Shown here piece by piece: positions 1-10,255 of a DNA stretch of 36,268 bases. The number at the start of each line of letters is the position of its first letter. Position 1 is the first letter of the stretch. Location of the stretch: assembly GCA_002269645.1 (NCBI GenBank), contig NIVC01002510.1, positions 1 through 36,268 on the forward strand, in the 5' to 3' direction. The notes below the pieces were generated by a model. The model worked only from the letters and a program-made list of their open reading frames with translations. It ran no database searches and was not told where the DNA came from. Source of the stretch: Macrostomum lignano (taxonomy: Eukaryota). The position numbers and the translations under genes were made by a program.

Positions 1-513
1 TCACCTCCCTGGTAGCTAATTAATGTTCAATATTCTCACCTTGCACCTTGCCTGTACCCATCTCCTATCGATAATAAAAAATGTTTTATCTGTCGCGCTG
101 GATATTTTACCCCTAGCAAAGTGAATGATGCTCCGTCTTCAATCAATCTCCAATCTTAAATCTTCAATCTTCAACTCGTTTTCCTATCTCGCCGTGCCTA
201 AAATACTCTCGTATAGTATGCTATCGATGCTAAAGTGGTGATCAGCCAGACTCCACTGCCAGTGTCAGTGGAAATTTCTTAACGCAACTCTGCATTCGGA
301 ATCGGCATTCTGCTAGTGCTCCTACCGTAGTGCTCTGCCTGTTTACCTTTATCGCCTTTCCTGTTCATTCAACATCGCTAATTTCTAAAATCTTTCAGAT
401 TGTGTGTCCGACCAATAATCGCTACTAGGCGCGTGTGCGTGTGTATATGCAGTGTATGCCAAATAAGGAGCTTTCCGATAATAAATCTGCTTATCGCATC
501 CGGACTGATTTTC

Positions 514-542
514 TATATAGCCTTGCATGGGCATTTGGCAGT
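514..542 (+). promoter_or_regulatory. TATA box and Inr-like site of the peptide gene (repeated in every unit, e.g. TATA at 9041)
   Basis: TATATAG at 514-520. CAGT (539-542) follows, with its A 26 nt downstream of the first T of the TATA box, which is canonical Pol II core-promoter spacing. The start site is inferred, not observed. Confidence 0.6.
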
Positions 543-610
543 ATTGCTGATTGAAATCACTAAGAGACAGCAAGTTTTGTCCCTTTTTTATCGCAACAAG
601 CGCCGTTCAA

Positions 611-796
611 ATGCAGAGACTAGCTTTCCTCTCTCTTCTGGTGTTGCTTCTTGCGTTTGCAGCATATTCAGCCAATGGACAAGGCTGTTACTGCTTGCAA
701 GAAGTCTGCTACATCAGCTATCCTGAATTATGTAATAGCGGTTTGGGTTGCGCTGGCGCAGGGGATTTTGTACCTTGCGAAGGATATGGCGGATAA
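611..796 (+). CDS. Secreted cysteine-rich peptide precursor, 61 aa (copy 1)
   Basis: ATG at 611 in context TTCAAATGC. MQRLAFLSLLVLLLAFAAYSANG is a classic signal peptide (basic n-region, Leu-rich h-region, A-N-G cleavage site). Mature part QGCYCLQEVCYISYPELCNSGLGCAGAGDFVPCEGYGG has 6 Cys. TATATAG lies 97 bp upstream and AATAAA ~105 bp downstream of the stop. The ORF-track start at 551 is a TTG and is not used. Confidence 0.85.
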   Translation: MQRLAFLSLLVLLLAFAAYSANGQGCYCLQEVCYISYPELCNSGLGCAGAGDFVPCEGYGG

Positions 797-899
797 ATCT
801 GTTTTAATTAAGGTAACGATGGAAGCATGACCGTCGATTGTCCTAGAATAGGAGGAGTGCGTTTTGACAACCTGCGATTCAGTTGATTCAAAACTGAAA

Positions 900-905
900 A
901 ATAAA
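900..905 (+). terminator. Polyadenylation signal AATAAA of the peptide gene (repeated in every unit)
   Basis: AATAAA ~105 nt after the stop codon, followed by a T-rich downstream tract (ttgtcttttttattatttcctttttggg, ~956-983). Confidence 0.6.
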
Positions 906-1063
906 CCGATTGAAAGGAAGTATGCGTTATTATTTCCGTTGAAGCTGTTCGTTCATTGTCTTTTTTATTATTTCCTTTTTGGGTATTAGATGAGTGTCGA
1001 ATGGCTCCAAACGACAGACAACAACAACAACAAAATACGCTGTCATGATGGTAAAAGTCAGCG

Positions 1064-4000
1064 TCACAGGGCGCGCTTCATGGCGTGGGCGCGAACAAAG
1101 GCCGCGCCACCGGCAGTGTCCGGGGCGCCGGCGTCAGCCAGCAGACAGTCGACATAACGCCGAGTTCGCGCTTGACCTCGCCGGTAGGGTGCCTGCAGCG
1201 TGAGCAGCAGCACCTCCTGCACCGGCTGTGGCAGTACGACTCGGCGCGGATGAGATGGCCTGCGAGCTGGAGTCGCCGACGGCGCAGTAGATCACTTGGA
1301 CGTGGCAGGCCAGCGCGGCGATAGAGTGCCGCGTTGGTGACTCGCTCGACGCCGATGTTGAAGCGCGCGCGCAGCAGACCAGCGTGCGCCGCATCGACTT
1401 GCTGTTCGAGTGAGTCCGTCAGCGTCCAGGTCTCGGCGTTGTACAGCAGGACGGTCTCGATTACCGCCTGGAACAGCGCCGCCCTCTGGCGGTCCGGTAG
1501 GGCCTCGACTGCAGGACTGCCCTCACAGAACGAAAGGCAGCCAGGCAAGCCCGCGGCGGCGTCGCAGGTCCTCGCGAGCGTCTGGAACCAGACCGCCGAG
1601 GTAGACGAACTGCTGACATCGCGGGAGTTCGGTCGCCTGCCCGTCAGCGCCTCGGCAAAATATTGCAGCCTCGATGTCGTCCGGCACGCAGAGCACAACG
1701 GTCTTCTGCGTGTTGACCACCAGGCCGACACTCGCCGCAACGGCAACCAGCCTGTCCAGCTGCCGTTGGGCGCCCTCGACGGTCGAGGACAGCAGGGCGA
1801 GGTCGTCGGCGTAGCCAAGCACGCTGAGCCGCTTCTCCGGTTGACGTCGACCCACGCGTCGCTGCAGCAGAAAACCGTCGTCGTCGGTAGGAAGAGCAGT
1901 CCGCAGCACCCAGTCAAGCACCAGGACGAACAGAAACGGCGCCAGCGTATCTCCCTGAAGCACTCCGGAGGATGTCTCAAAGGAGTCCGATAGGCCGTCC
2001 GGTGTTGTCACAGCAGCTGTCGTATCACGGTACATCGCCATGACGGCGCGGAGATCAGCTGCTCAGGCACGTTGTACGCGCGGAGCACCATTGGAAGCAC
2101 GGCTCTGACAACCGAGTCGAATGCCTTCTTGAAATCAATAAAGATTAAAATCAGTATCGACTGACGAATCCGCGCCTCCTCGATGACTCGGCGAAGAGCC
2201 AGGATCTGCGCCACTGTGCCGCGATGGGGCCGGAACCCGTTCTGCTCTGGGCGCAGGTACGGATCCAGCACGGGCTGCAACCGCGAAAGCAGCATCCGGT
2301 TGAACAGCTTCGCTGCACAGACTGAAGGCAGATGCCTCGATGGTCTTCAAGCCTAGTGGTGCCCGGCTTCTTTGGAACAGCGACGATGTGCGCCGTGGTC
2401 CATTCGTTGGGCGCCGCCTCACCGAAGAGCACGCGGTTCATCACTCTGGCGACCTCAGCGGCCACACAGGGGATGCGCAGCGCCTCGATGGGCACCTCGT
2501 CCGGACCCAGCGCTTTCCCGCCCGGTGACTGCTGGCGAGCTTGACAACGTCGGCTGCGTTGACTGGGGCTACGCTGAAACTCTCCTCTGCCGGCAGCGGC
2601 GTCTCCGGCGGCAGCGTCAGACTGTCTGGCAGCGGGGGTGGCGGCGCGTTGACGATGGCGGCGAAGAACTCGCGCAGCTCGTTCCTACGCTCGTCCGGCG
2701 TGTCACCAGCCAGGTTCAGCGGATTGCGCCGCTTTCGTCCCGTCAGAGCGTTGATGGCGGACCAGGCCACGCGCCCTCTGGCATCGGGCCCAGCGGCAGA
2801 GACAGCCTGAATGGCGTCATCGACAGCCGCTTGTTGGCGCTGCAGGTAGACAGCTGCCAGAGCTGCCTCTGCCTCGCGGGTTGGTCGCCTGCTCAAGCGG
2901 AGCTTCTCCAGATCTTCCCTCGCTGCCTGAATCGCGGGGTCGTCCTGCCAGACCGGCTGCCCACGTTGAGCCGGCTGCATCATCGGGACTGCTTGCTCCG
3001 CGGCGGTTCTGATTGCAGCGCACACTTCCGCATACTCGGCACTTCCACGCTTGTCGCCCAGCGCGTGTTAAAGGCGCTAGCAAAGCGACGCTGCGTATCG
3101 GTGGCTCTGAGCGCGCGGTAGTAGCGCCGCGGTGGCCGCTTCGCGGACGGTAGAGCGGATCGCGAAGGTTGAGGTCGCAGATGAGGAGCCGGTGATCGGA
3201 CCGCAGAGCCAGCGGCGTGATGGTGCGGCAGTTGACGGCGCGACGACGCTCACGGAAACGCACGAGCACGTGGTCGAGCTGTGCTTGTCTCCGGGTTGCG
3301 TTCCTGCCACGCGCGTTCCGTCGCCTCCGCTTGCAGCCCACGAAGGTTGCGAGACCGCTCAGTGGCTTGCGGAAGCGGGTGTTGGCCGACACCATGTCCT
3401 GCCTCTCCAGGAAGTCCTCTAGTGCCTCGGTGTTTGTTCCCGCGTGGCGTCACGAACAGCGACCTCTCGGACCTACGCAGGACTGCGTTCAGGTCTCGAG
3501 GGCGACCGCTGTGTCACGCTGCGCCGTCGCCTCTACCTGCACTGAGAGCTGCTCGAAAAACTCTTGAGCCTCGTCAGGGCGTGTGGCAGGGGGCGCGTAC
3601 GCGCAGAACAGGCGAGCATTCCGACCGCGTAGCCGGACGTCGATCCGAAGCAACCGGGGGACAGGGAGATGCAGCGACAGCTCTGCTGCAGCCTCGGCCC
3701 GATCAGCGCTCCAACTCCTCCACGGCCTCGCTGGTCCGCAGAAGTATAGTAGAGGGTCCACCCGGCGCCCAAGTCCTCACAATGAAGTCCCGGGTCGGCC
3801 TTGATAGACACCTCCTGCAGCGAGATGATGTCGCAGCTCAGGTCGTACGCCAGCTTCGCCAGCACCCCTCTACGCCAAGCAGCCTTGAGAGTGCGGCAGT
3901 TCAGCGTCCCGACCCGAAGCATGCCCTGTGGTACGGCTGGGGCTCGATGCAGTTGAGCCTCACGGTCCCCGGCGCCACCCGGAGGATCCGAGTGGACCCG

Positions 4001-4167
4001 CGCGGCAGCTCGACGGGCGGCGCCACGCAGCCGGCCTCGTCGGTTCCGCTCACGCCGGCGCTCAACACGCCGACGGGCGCTCCGCTGCCCTCGCTTGGTC
4101 CTGCCGCATTTGGCCGCCGCAGCAGTTAAGCGCGGCTCTCCGCTCTGACACGAGGAGGTAGCGGCAT
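1064..4167 (-). pseudogene. APE endonuclease-reverse transcriptase ORF of LINE copy 1, frameshifted in this sequence
   Basis: Pieces of the 1037-aa protein appear in several frames (GTLNCRT, LQEV, QLDHVLV/SDH, EQNGFR, IDFKKAFDSV, QGDTLAP, YADD). The breaks are small deletions mostly in runs or short repeats, so they may be sequencing errors and not real inactivation. Confidence 0.75.
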
Positions 4168-4193
4168 TTATCTGCACCGTGGTGCAAATAAAT
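4166..4193 (-). other. 12-bp stem / 4-nt loop hairpin abutting the LINE ATG (copy 1)
   Basis: + strand atttatctgcac-cgtg-gtgcaaataaat. 11/12 Watson-Crick pairs, and the mismatch is a G:U pair in the element's sense RNA. Confidence 0.75.
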
Positions 4194-4726
4194 TAAGACT
4201 GCAAATAAATTAAGACTGCAAATAAATTAAGACTGCAAATAAATTAAGACTGCAAATAAATTAAGACTGCAAATAAATTAAGACTGCAAATAAATTAAGA
4301 CTGCAAATAAATTAAGACTGCAAATAAATTAAGACTGCAAATAAATTAAGACTGCAAATAAATTAAGACTGCAAATAAATTAAGACTGCAAATAAATTAA
4401 GACTGCAAATAAATTAAGACTGCAAATAAATTAAGACTGCAAATAAATTAAGACTGCAAATAAATTAAGACTGCAAATAAATTAAGACTGCAAATAAATT
4501 AAGACTGCAAATAAATTAAGACTGCAAATAAATTAAGACTGCAAATAAATTAAGACTGCAAATAAATTAAGACTGCAAATAAATTAAGACTGCAAATAAA
4601 TTAAGACTGCAAATAAATTAAGACTGCAAATAAATTAAGACTGCAAATAAATTAAGACTGCAAATAAATTAAGACTGCAAATAAATTAAGACTGCAAATA
4701 AATTAAGACTGCAAATAAATTAAGAC
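4183..4726. repeat. Perfect minisatellite (TGCAAATAAATTAAGAC)x32 at the LINE 5' end (copy 1)
   Basis: 544 bp = 32 x 17, with no variant units seen. Confidence 0.97.
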
Positions 4727-5190
4727 AGAGAAAGAGAGCAAGAGAGAGCGAGAGAGAGAGAGAACCGGTTAATTGCATTGTTGCTATTTTAATCCCAACG
4801 AAAATGACAATATCATTGTCGGTGCGAAGTGCAGAGATGCCCAGAATCAACCCTATCAAGGCAACAACTAGAGTTGAACGTATATCCGACATAACGTAGA
4901 GGTCAGAATGCATCAGAAGCTTTGTTGAGCTAAAAGTAGCTCGCCTTGAGTAAGCACAGAAATATAAATAACAAAACCAACATAGATTGCTTTAATTAAA
5001 TCCAGTCAGCCAACGCGTTTGGTTTAGTCAGCGGCCATGTTCAGCGTCTGAGATATATTTTATTTTTCACGTATGCATCAAATTATATAAGAAAACGTTT
5101 CTGTACAGTCCAAAGGGGGGCAGATTGTCCAATTATGAAGTACATTGGATGGAAGTTTTAAACAGGCGGGCGCACTACAATGCTTCGTGC

Positions 5191-5720
5191 CTACACTAAG
5201 AATACCTTGAACAAATGACCCGCACCACTGTGAATAAGCTGGACATTGAGACTTGTTTTTTTATTCTTGATGTACATTGATTCCGGTATGCTAAGTCTGG
5301 ATGTTTTTATGAGTGGAGTTCAGAGCGGTAAGAAACCGTTCATGATACGAGTTCGCTTTGAAAATGGCAAAAGTGTCGTCAACATAGTGTTTGTAGAATC
5401 TAGGCGCACAATTTAGGGTGTCATCCACTGCTTCCCCCGCCGGTAGGGTGCTTGCAGCGTCAGCAGCAGCACCTCCTGCACCGGCTGTGGGCAGTACGAC
5501 TCGCTCGGGATAAAATATGGCCTGCCAGCTGGAGTCGCGACGGCACAACAGCTCGCTTGGACGGAGCAGGCCGGTGCAGCAATAGAGTGCCGCATTGGTG
5601 ACTCGCTCGTAACCGATCTTGAAGGCGGCGCGCAGCAGGCCAGCGTGCGCCGCATCGACCCTGCTGTTCGAGCGATTCCGTCAGCGTCCAGGTCTCGGCG
5701 TTCCTTAACAGCATCTCGAT
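5191..5720 (-). pseudogene. PLE + RTE composite relic (unit copy)
   Basis: Same sequence as 10009-10539, with small indels. Confidence 0.8.
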
Positions 5721-6726
5721 ATCCGTATGCTATCGGCCTGGGCTTAAAAAGCTTTGGCTTCAGCGTTATCATCCAGGGATAGTGCACGCGCGCAATTGCA
5801 CCTGCACCAGACAGCAGCCAGCACGTAATTACGGCCTCCCAAACCGAAAATGTGCACCAGCCCCAGGCTGGATAAACCAGAAACGGGATTGTCTGTGGAG
5901 AGGTGCTAAGCGTCATTCTTCGTCCACAGCTTAGCATCTCTTTTCTGGATTTACTCTCTTTAGCTTAATTATGCAAACCTAAAAATAAGCAAATGCCGCA
6001 CAGCCTACCGCTTTTCATTAAGCTGCAAGGCAGTGCTGTCTTGATGGTTTTGTCGGCCAGTCAAAGCAGCTTTTTATGTACACTTGTACACTACGTAGCT
6101 TGCGGTCAGTCATTTTACCGTCACCTCCCTGGGCTAGCTAATTAATGTTCAATATTCTCACCTTGCACCTTGCCTGTACCCATCTCCTATCGATAATAAA
6201 AAATGTTTTATCTGTCGCGCTGGATATTTTACCCCTAGCAAAGTCAATGATGCTCCGTCTTCAATCAATCTCCAATCTTAAATCTTCAATCTTCAACTCG
6301 TTTTCCTATCTCGCCGTGCCTAAATACTCTCGTATAGTATGCTATCGATGCTAAAGTGGTGATCAGCCAGACTCCACCTGCCAGTGTCAGTGGAATTTCT
6401 TAAACGCAACTCTGCATTCGGAATCGGCATTCTGCTAGTGCTCCTACCGTAGTGCTCTGCTGTTTACCTTTATCGCCTTCCTGTTCATTCAACATCGCTA
6501 ATTTCTAAAATCTTTCAGATTGTGTGTCCGACCAATAATCGCTACTAGGCGTGTGCGTGTGTATATGCAGTGTATACCAAATAAGGAGCTTTCGATAATA
6601 AAATCTGCTTATCGCATCCGGACTGATTTTCTATATAGCCTTGCATGGGCATTTGGCAGTATGCTGATTAACTCACTAAGAGACAGCAAGTTTTGTCCCT
6701 TTTTTATCGCAACAAGCGCCGTTCAA

Positions 6727-6912
6727 ATGCAGAGACTAGCTTTCCTCTCTCTTCTGGTGTTGCTTCTTGCGTTTGCAGCATATTCAGCCAATGGACAAGG
6801 CTGTTACTGCTTGCAAGAAGTCTGCTACATCAGCTATCCTGAATTATGTAATAGCGGTTTGGGTTGCGCTGGCGCAGGGGATTTTGTACCTTGCGAAGGA
6901 TATGGCGGATAA
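6727..6912 (+). CDS. Secreted cysteine-rich peptide precursor (copy 2)
   Basis: Same 61-aa translation as copy 1. Confidence 0.85.
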   Translation: MQRLAFLSLLVLLLAFAAYSANGQGCYCLQEVCYISYPELCNSGLGCAGAGDFVPCEGYGG

Positions 6913-7595
6913 ATCTGTTTTAATTAAGGTAACGATGGAAGCATGACCGTCGATTGTCCTAGAATAGGAGGAGTGCGTTTTGACAACCTGCGATTCAGTT
7001 GATTCAAAACTGAAAAATAAACCGATTGAAAGGAAGTATGCGTTATTATTTCCGTTGAAGCTGTTCGTTCATTGTCTTTTTTATTATTTCCTTTTTGGGT
7101 ATTAGATGAGTGTCGAATGGCTCAAACGACAGAGAAAGAGAGCAAGAGAGAGCGAGAGAGAGAGAGAACCGGTTAATTGCATTGTTGCTATTTTAATCCC
7201 AACGAAAATGACAATATCATTGTCGGTGCGAAGTGCAGAGATGCCCAGAATCAACCCTATCAAGGCAACAACTAGAGTTGAACGTATATCCGACATAACG
7301 TAGAGGTCAGAATGCATCAGAAGCTTTTGTTGAGCTAAAAAGTAGCTCGCTTGAGTAAGCACAGAAATATAAATAACAAAACCAACATAGATTGCTTTAA
7401 TTAAATCAGTCAGCCAACGCGTTTGGTTTAGTCAGCGGCCATGTTCAGCGTCTGAGATATATTTTATTTTTCACGTATGCATCAAATTATATAAGAAAAC
7501 GTTTCTGTACAGTCCAAAGGGGGGCAGATTGTCCAATTATGAAGGTACATTGGATGGAAGTTTTAAACAGGCGGGCGCACTACAATGCTTCGTGC

Positions 7596-8126
7596 CTACA
7601 CTAAGAATACCTTGAACAAATGACCCGCACCACTGTGAATAAGCTGGACATTGAGACTTGTTTTTTTATTCTTGATGTACATTGATTCCGGTATGCTAAG
7701 TCTGGATGTTTTTATGAGTGGAGTTCAGAGCGGTAAGAAACCGTTCATGATACGAGTTCGCTTTGAAAATGGCAAAAGTGTCGTCAACATAGTGTTTGTA
7801 GAATCTAGGCGCACAATTTAGGGTGTCATCCACTGCTTCCCCCGCCGGTAGGGTGCTTGCAGCGTCAGCAGCAGCACCTCCTGCACCGGCTGTGGGCAGT
7901 ACGACTCGGCTCGGATAAAATATGGCCTGCCAGCTGGAGTCGCCGACGGCACAACAGCTCGCTTGGACGGAGCAGGCCGGTGCAGCAATAGAGTGCCGCA
8001 TTGGTGACTCGCTCGTAACCGATCTTGAAGGCGGCGCGCAGCAGGCCAGCGTGCGCCGCATCGACCCTGCTGTTCGAGCGATTCCGTCAGCGTCCAGGTC
8101 TCGGCGTTCCTTAACAGCATCTCGAT
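7596..8126 (-). pseudogene. PLE + RTE composite relic (unit copy)
   Basis: Same sequence as 10009-10539. Confidence 0.8.
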
Positions 8127-9137
8127 ATCCGTATGCTATCGGCCTGGGCTTAAAAAGCTTTGGCTTCAGCGTTATCATCCAGGGATAGTGCACGCGCGCA
8201 ATTGCACCTGCACCAGACAGCAGCCAGCACGTAATTACGGCCTCCCAAACCGAAAATGTGCACCAGCCCCAGGCTGGATAAACCAGAAACGGGATTGTCT
8301 GTGGAGAGGTGCTAAGCGTCATTCTTGTCCACAGCTTAGCATCTCTTTTCTGGATTTACTCTCTTTAGCTTAATTATGCAAACCTAAAAATAAGCAAAAT
8401 GCCGCACAGCCTACCGCTTTTCATTAAGCTGCAAGGCAGTGCTGTCTTGATGGTTTTGTCGGCCAGTCAAAGCAGCTTTTTATGTACACTTGTACACTAC
8501 GTAGCTTGCGGTCAGTCATTTTACCGTCACCTCCCTGGGCTAGCTAATTAATGTTCAATATTCTCACCTTGCACCTTGCCTGTACCCATCTCCTATCGAT
8601 AATAAAAAATGTTTTATCTGTCGCGCTGGATATTTTACCCCTAGCAAAGTCAATGATGCTCCGTCTTCAATCAATCTCCAATCTTAAATCTTCAATCTTC
8701 AACTCGTTTTCCTATCTCGCCGTGCCTAAAATACTCTCGTATAGTATGCTATCGATGCTAAAGTGGTGATCAGCCAGACTCCACCTGCCAGTGTCAGTGG
8801 AAATTTCTTAACGCAACTCTGCATTCGGAATCGGCATTCTGCTAGTGCTCCTACCGTAGTGCTCTGCCTGTTTACCTTTATCGCCTTTCCTGTTCATTCA
8901 ACATCGCTAATTTCTAAAATCTTTCAGATTGTGTGTCCGACCAATAATCGCTACTAGGCGTGTGCGTGTGTATATGCAGTGTATACCAAATAAGGAGCTT
9001 TCCGATAATAAATCTGCTTATCGCATCCGGACTGATTTTCTATATAGCCTTGCATGGGCATTTGGCAGTATTGCTGATTGAAATCACTAAGAGACAGCAA
9101 GTTTTGTCCCTTTTTTATCGCAACAAGCGCCGTTCAA

Positions 9138-9323
9138 ATGCAGAGACTAGCTTTCCTCTCTCTTCTGGTGTTGCTTCTTGCGTTTGCAGCATATTCAGCC
9201 AATGGACAAGGCTGTTACTGCTTGCAAGAAGTCTGCTACATCAGCTATCCTGAATTATGTAATAGCGGTTTGGGTTGCGCTGGCGCAGGGGATTTTGTAC
9301 CTTGCGAAGGATATGGCGGATAA
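9138..9323 (+). CDS. Secreted cysteine-rich peptide precursor (copy 3)
   Basis: Same 61-aa translation as copy 1. Confidence 0.85.
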   Translation: MQRLAFLSLLVLLLAFAAYSANGQGCYCLQEVCYISYPELCNSGLGCAGAGDFVPCEGYGG

Positions 9324-9542
9324 ATCTGTTTTAATTAAGGTAACGATGGAAGCATGACCGTCGATTGTCCTAGAATAGGAGGAGTGCGTTTTGACAACCT
9401 GCGATTCAGTTGATTCAAAACTGAAAAATAAACCGATTGAAAGGAAGTATGCGTTATTATTTCCGTTGAAGCTGTTCGTTCATTGTCTTTTTTATTATTT
9501 CCTTTTTGGGTATTAGATGAGTGTCGAATGGCTCCAAACGAC

Positions 9543-9579
9543 AGAGAAAGAGAGCAAGAGAGAGCGAGAGAGAGAGAGA
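9543..9579. repeat. GA-rich microsatellite, one per unit; (GA)7 core, expanded to (GA)9 at ~24042-24059 and ~26460-26477
   Basis: agagaaagagagcaagagagagcgagagagagagaga begins at the LINE target site. Confidence 0.85.
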
Positions 9580-10008
9580 ACCGGTTAATTGCATTGTTGC
9601 TATTTTAATCCCAACGAAAATGACAATATCATTGTCGGTGCGAAGTGCAGAGATGCCCAGAATCAACCCTATCAAGGCAACAACTAGAGTTGAACGTATA
9701 TCCGACATAACGTAGAGGTCAGAATGCATCAGAAGCTTTTGTTGAGCTAAAAAGTAGCTCGCTTGAGTAAGCACAGAAATATAAATAACAAAACCAACAT
9801 AGATTGCTTTAATTAAATCAGTCAGCCAACGCGTTTGGTTTAGTCAGCGGCCATGTTCAGCGTCTGAGATATATTTTATTTTTCACGTATGCATCAAATT
9901 ATATAAGAAAACGTTTCTGTACAGTCCAAAGGGGGGGCAGATTGTCCAATTATGAAGGTACATTGGATGGAAGTTTTAAACAGGCGGGCGCACTACAATG
10001 CTTCGTGC

Positions 10009-10255
10009 CTACACTAAGAATACCTTGAACAAATGACCCGCACCACTGTGAATAAGCTGGACATTGAGACTTGTTTTTTTATTCTTGATGTACATTGATT
10101 CCGGTATGCTAAGTCTGGATGTTTTTATGAGTGGAGTTCAGAGCGGTAAGAAACCGTTCATGATACGAGTTCGCTTTGAAAATGGCAAAAGTGTCGTCAA
10201 CATAGTGTTTGTAGAATCTAGGCGCACAATTTAGGGTGTCATCCACTGCTTCCCC
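10009..10255 (-). pseudogene. Internally deleted Penelope-like element relic (RT YVDD segment joined to a GIY-YIG C-terminal segment); one per unit
   Basis: The - strand reads EAVDDTLNCAPRFYKHYVDDTFAIFKANSYHERFLTALNSTHKNI, resembling the PLE RT motif ..RYVDDxF....FLxxLNxxHxxIxFT. It is followed immediately, in another frame, by RLSIPESMYIKNKKTSLNVQLIHSGAGHLFKVFLV*, resembling the PLE C-terminal ..ESxYIKxxKPSLN.. motif. Family assignment is from motif recall. Confidence 0.7.

Larger units (their letters stand above)
1019..4723 (-). mobile_element. Full-length RTE-like non-LTR retrotransposon, copy 1
   Basis: Bounded by a GACAGA duplication (1013-1018 and 4724-4729). (CAA)5 at the left end is a (TTG)5 3' tail, and the 17-mer array is at the 5' end. 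Collinear with copy 2 but 10 bp shorter. Confidence 0.93.

Noticed and set aside
551-610. N-terminal extension MKSLRDSKFCPFFIATSAVQ (and the 130-aa version at 6520) of the peptide
   Set aside because: It relies on a TTG or other non-ATG start at or upstream of the inferred TSS region, would bury the signal peptide, and the 6520 version exists only because of indels in that copy.
1078-4129. Numerous 60-300-aa overlapping ORFs on both strands inside the LINE copies
   Set aside because: These are shadow ORFs expected in GC-rich coding sequence with few stop codons.
1064-4167. LINE copy 1 as a genuinely decayed older insertion
   Set aside because: Its differences from copy 2 that I noticed are small deletions in runs or short repeats, with no substitutions seen, and similar indels affect ordinary units near both window ends. 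This fits low-coverage long-read consensus error. It is listed as a pseudogene only descriptively.
4183-4726. 17-bp direct-repeat array as a CRISPR array
   Set aside because: The repeats are contiguous with no unique spacers, there are no cas genes, and the context is a eukaryotic LINE.
8548-8900. Protein-like - strand reading (…ENELKIEDLRLEID*RRSIIDFARGKISS…WVQARCKVRILN) upstream of the promoter
   Set aside because: Three internal stops in ~115 codons is close to chance, and I recognise no family. It could be an old TE remnant, which a tBLASTx search would settle.
9457-9774. 105-aa - strand ORF (MLTQASYF...) with a hydrophobic stretch
   Set aside because: It runs through the GA microsatellite (SLSLSL) and changes frame with repeat length (147 aa in the (GA)9 units). 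It has no recognisable domain or expression signals.
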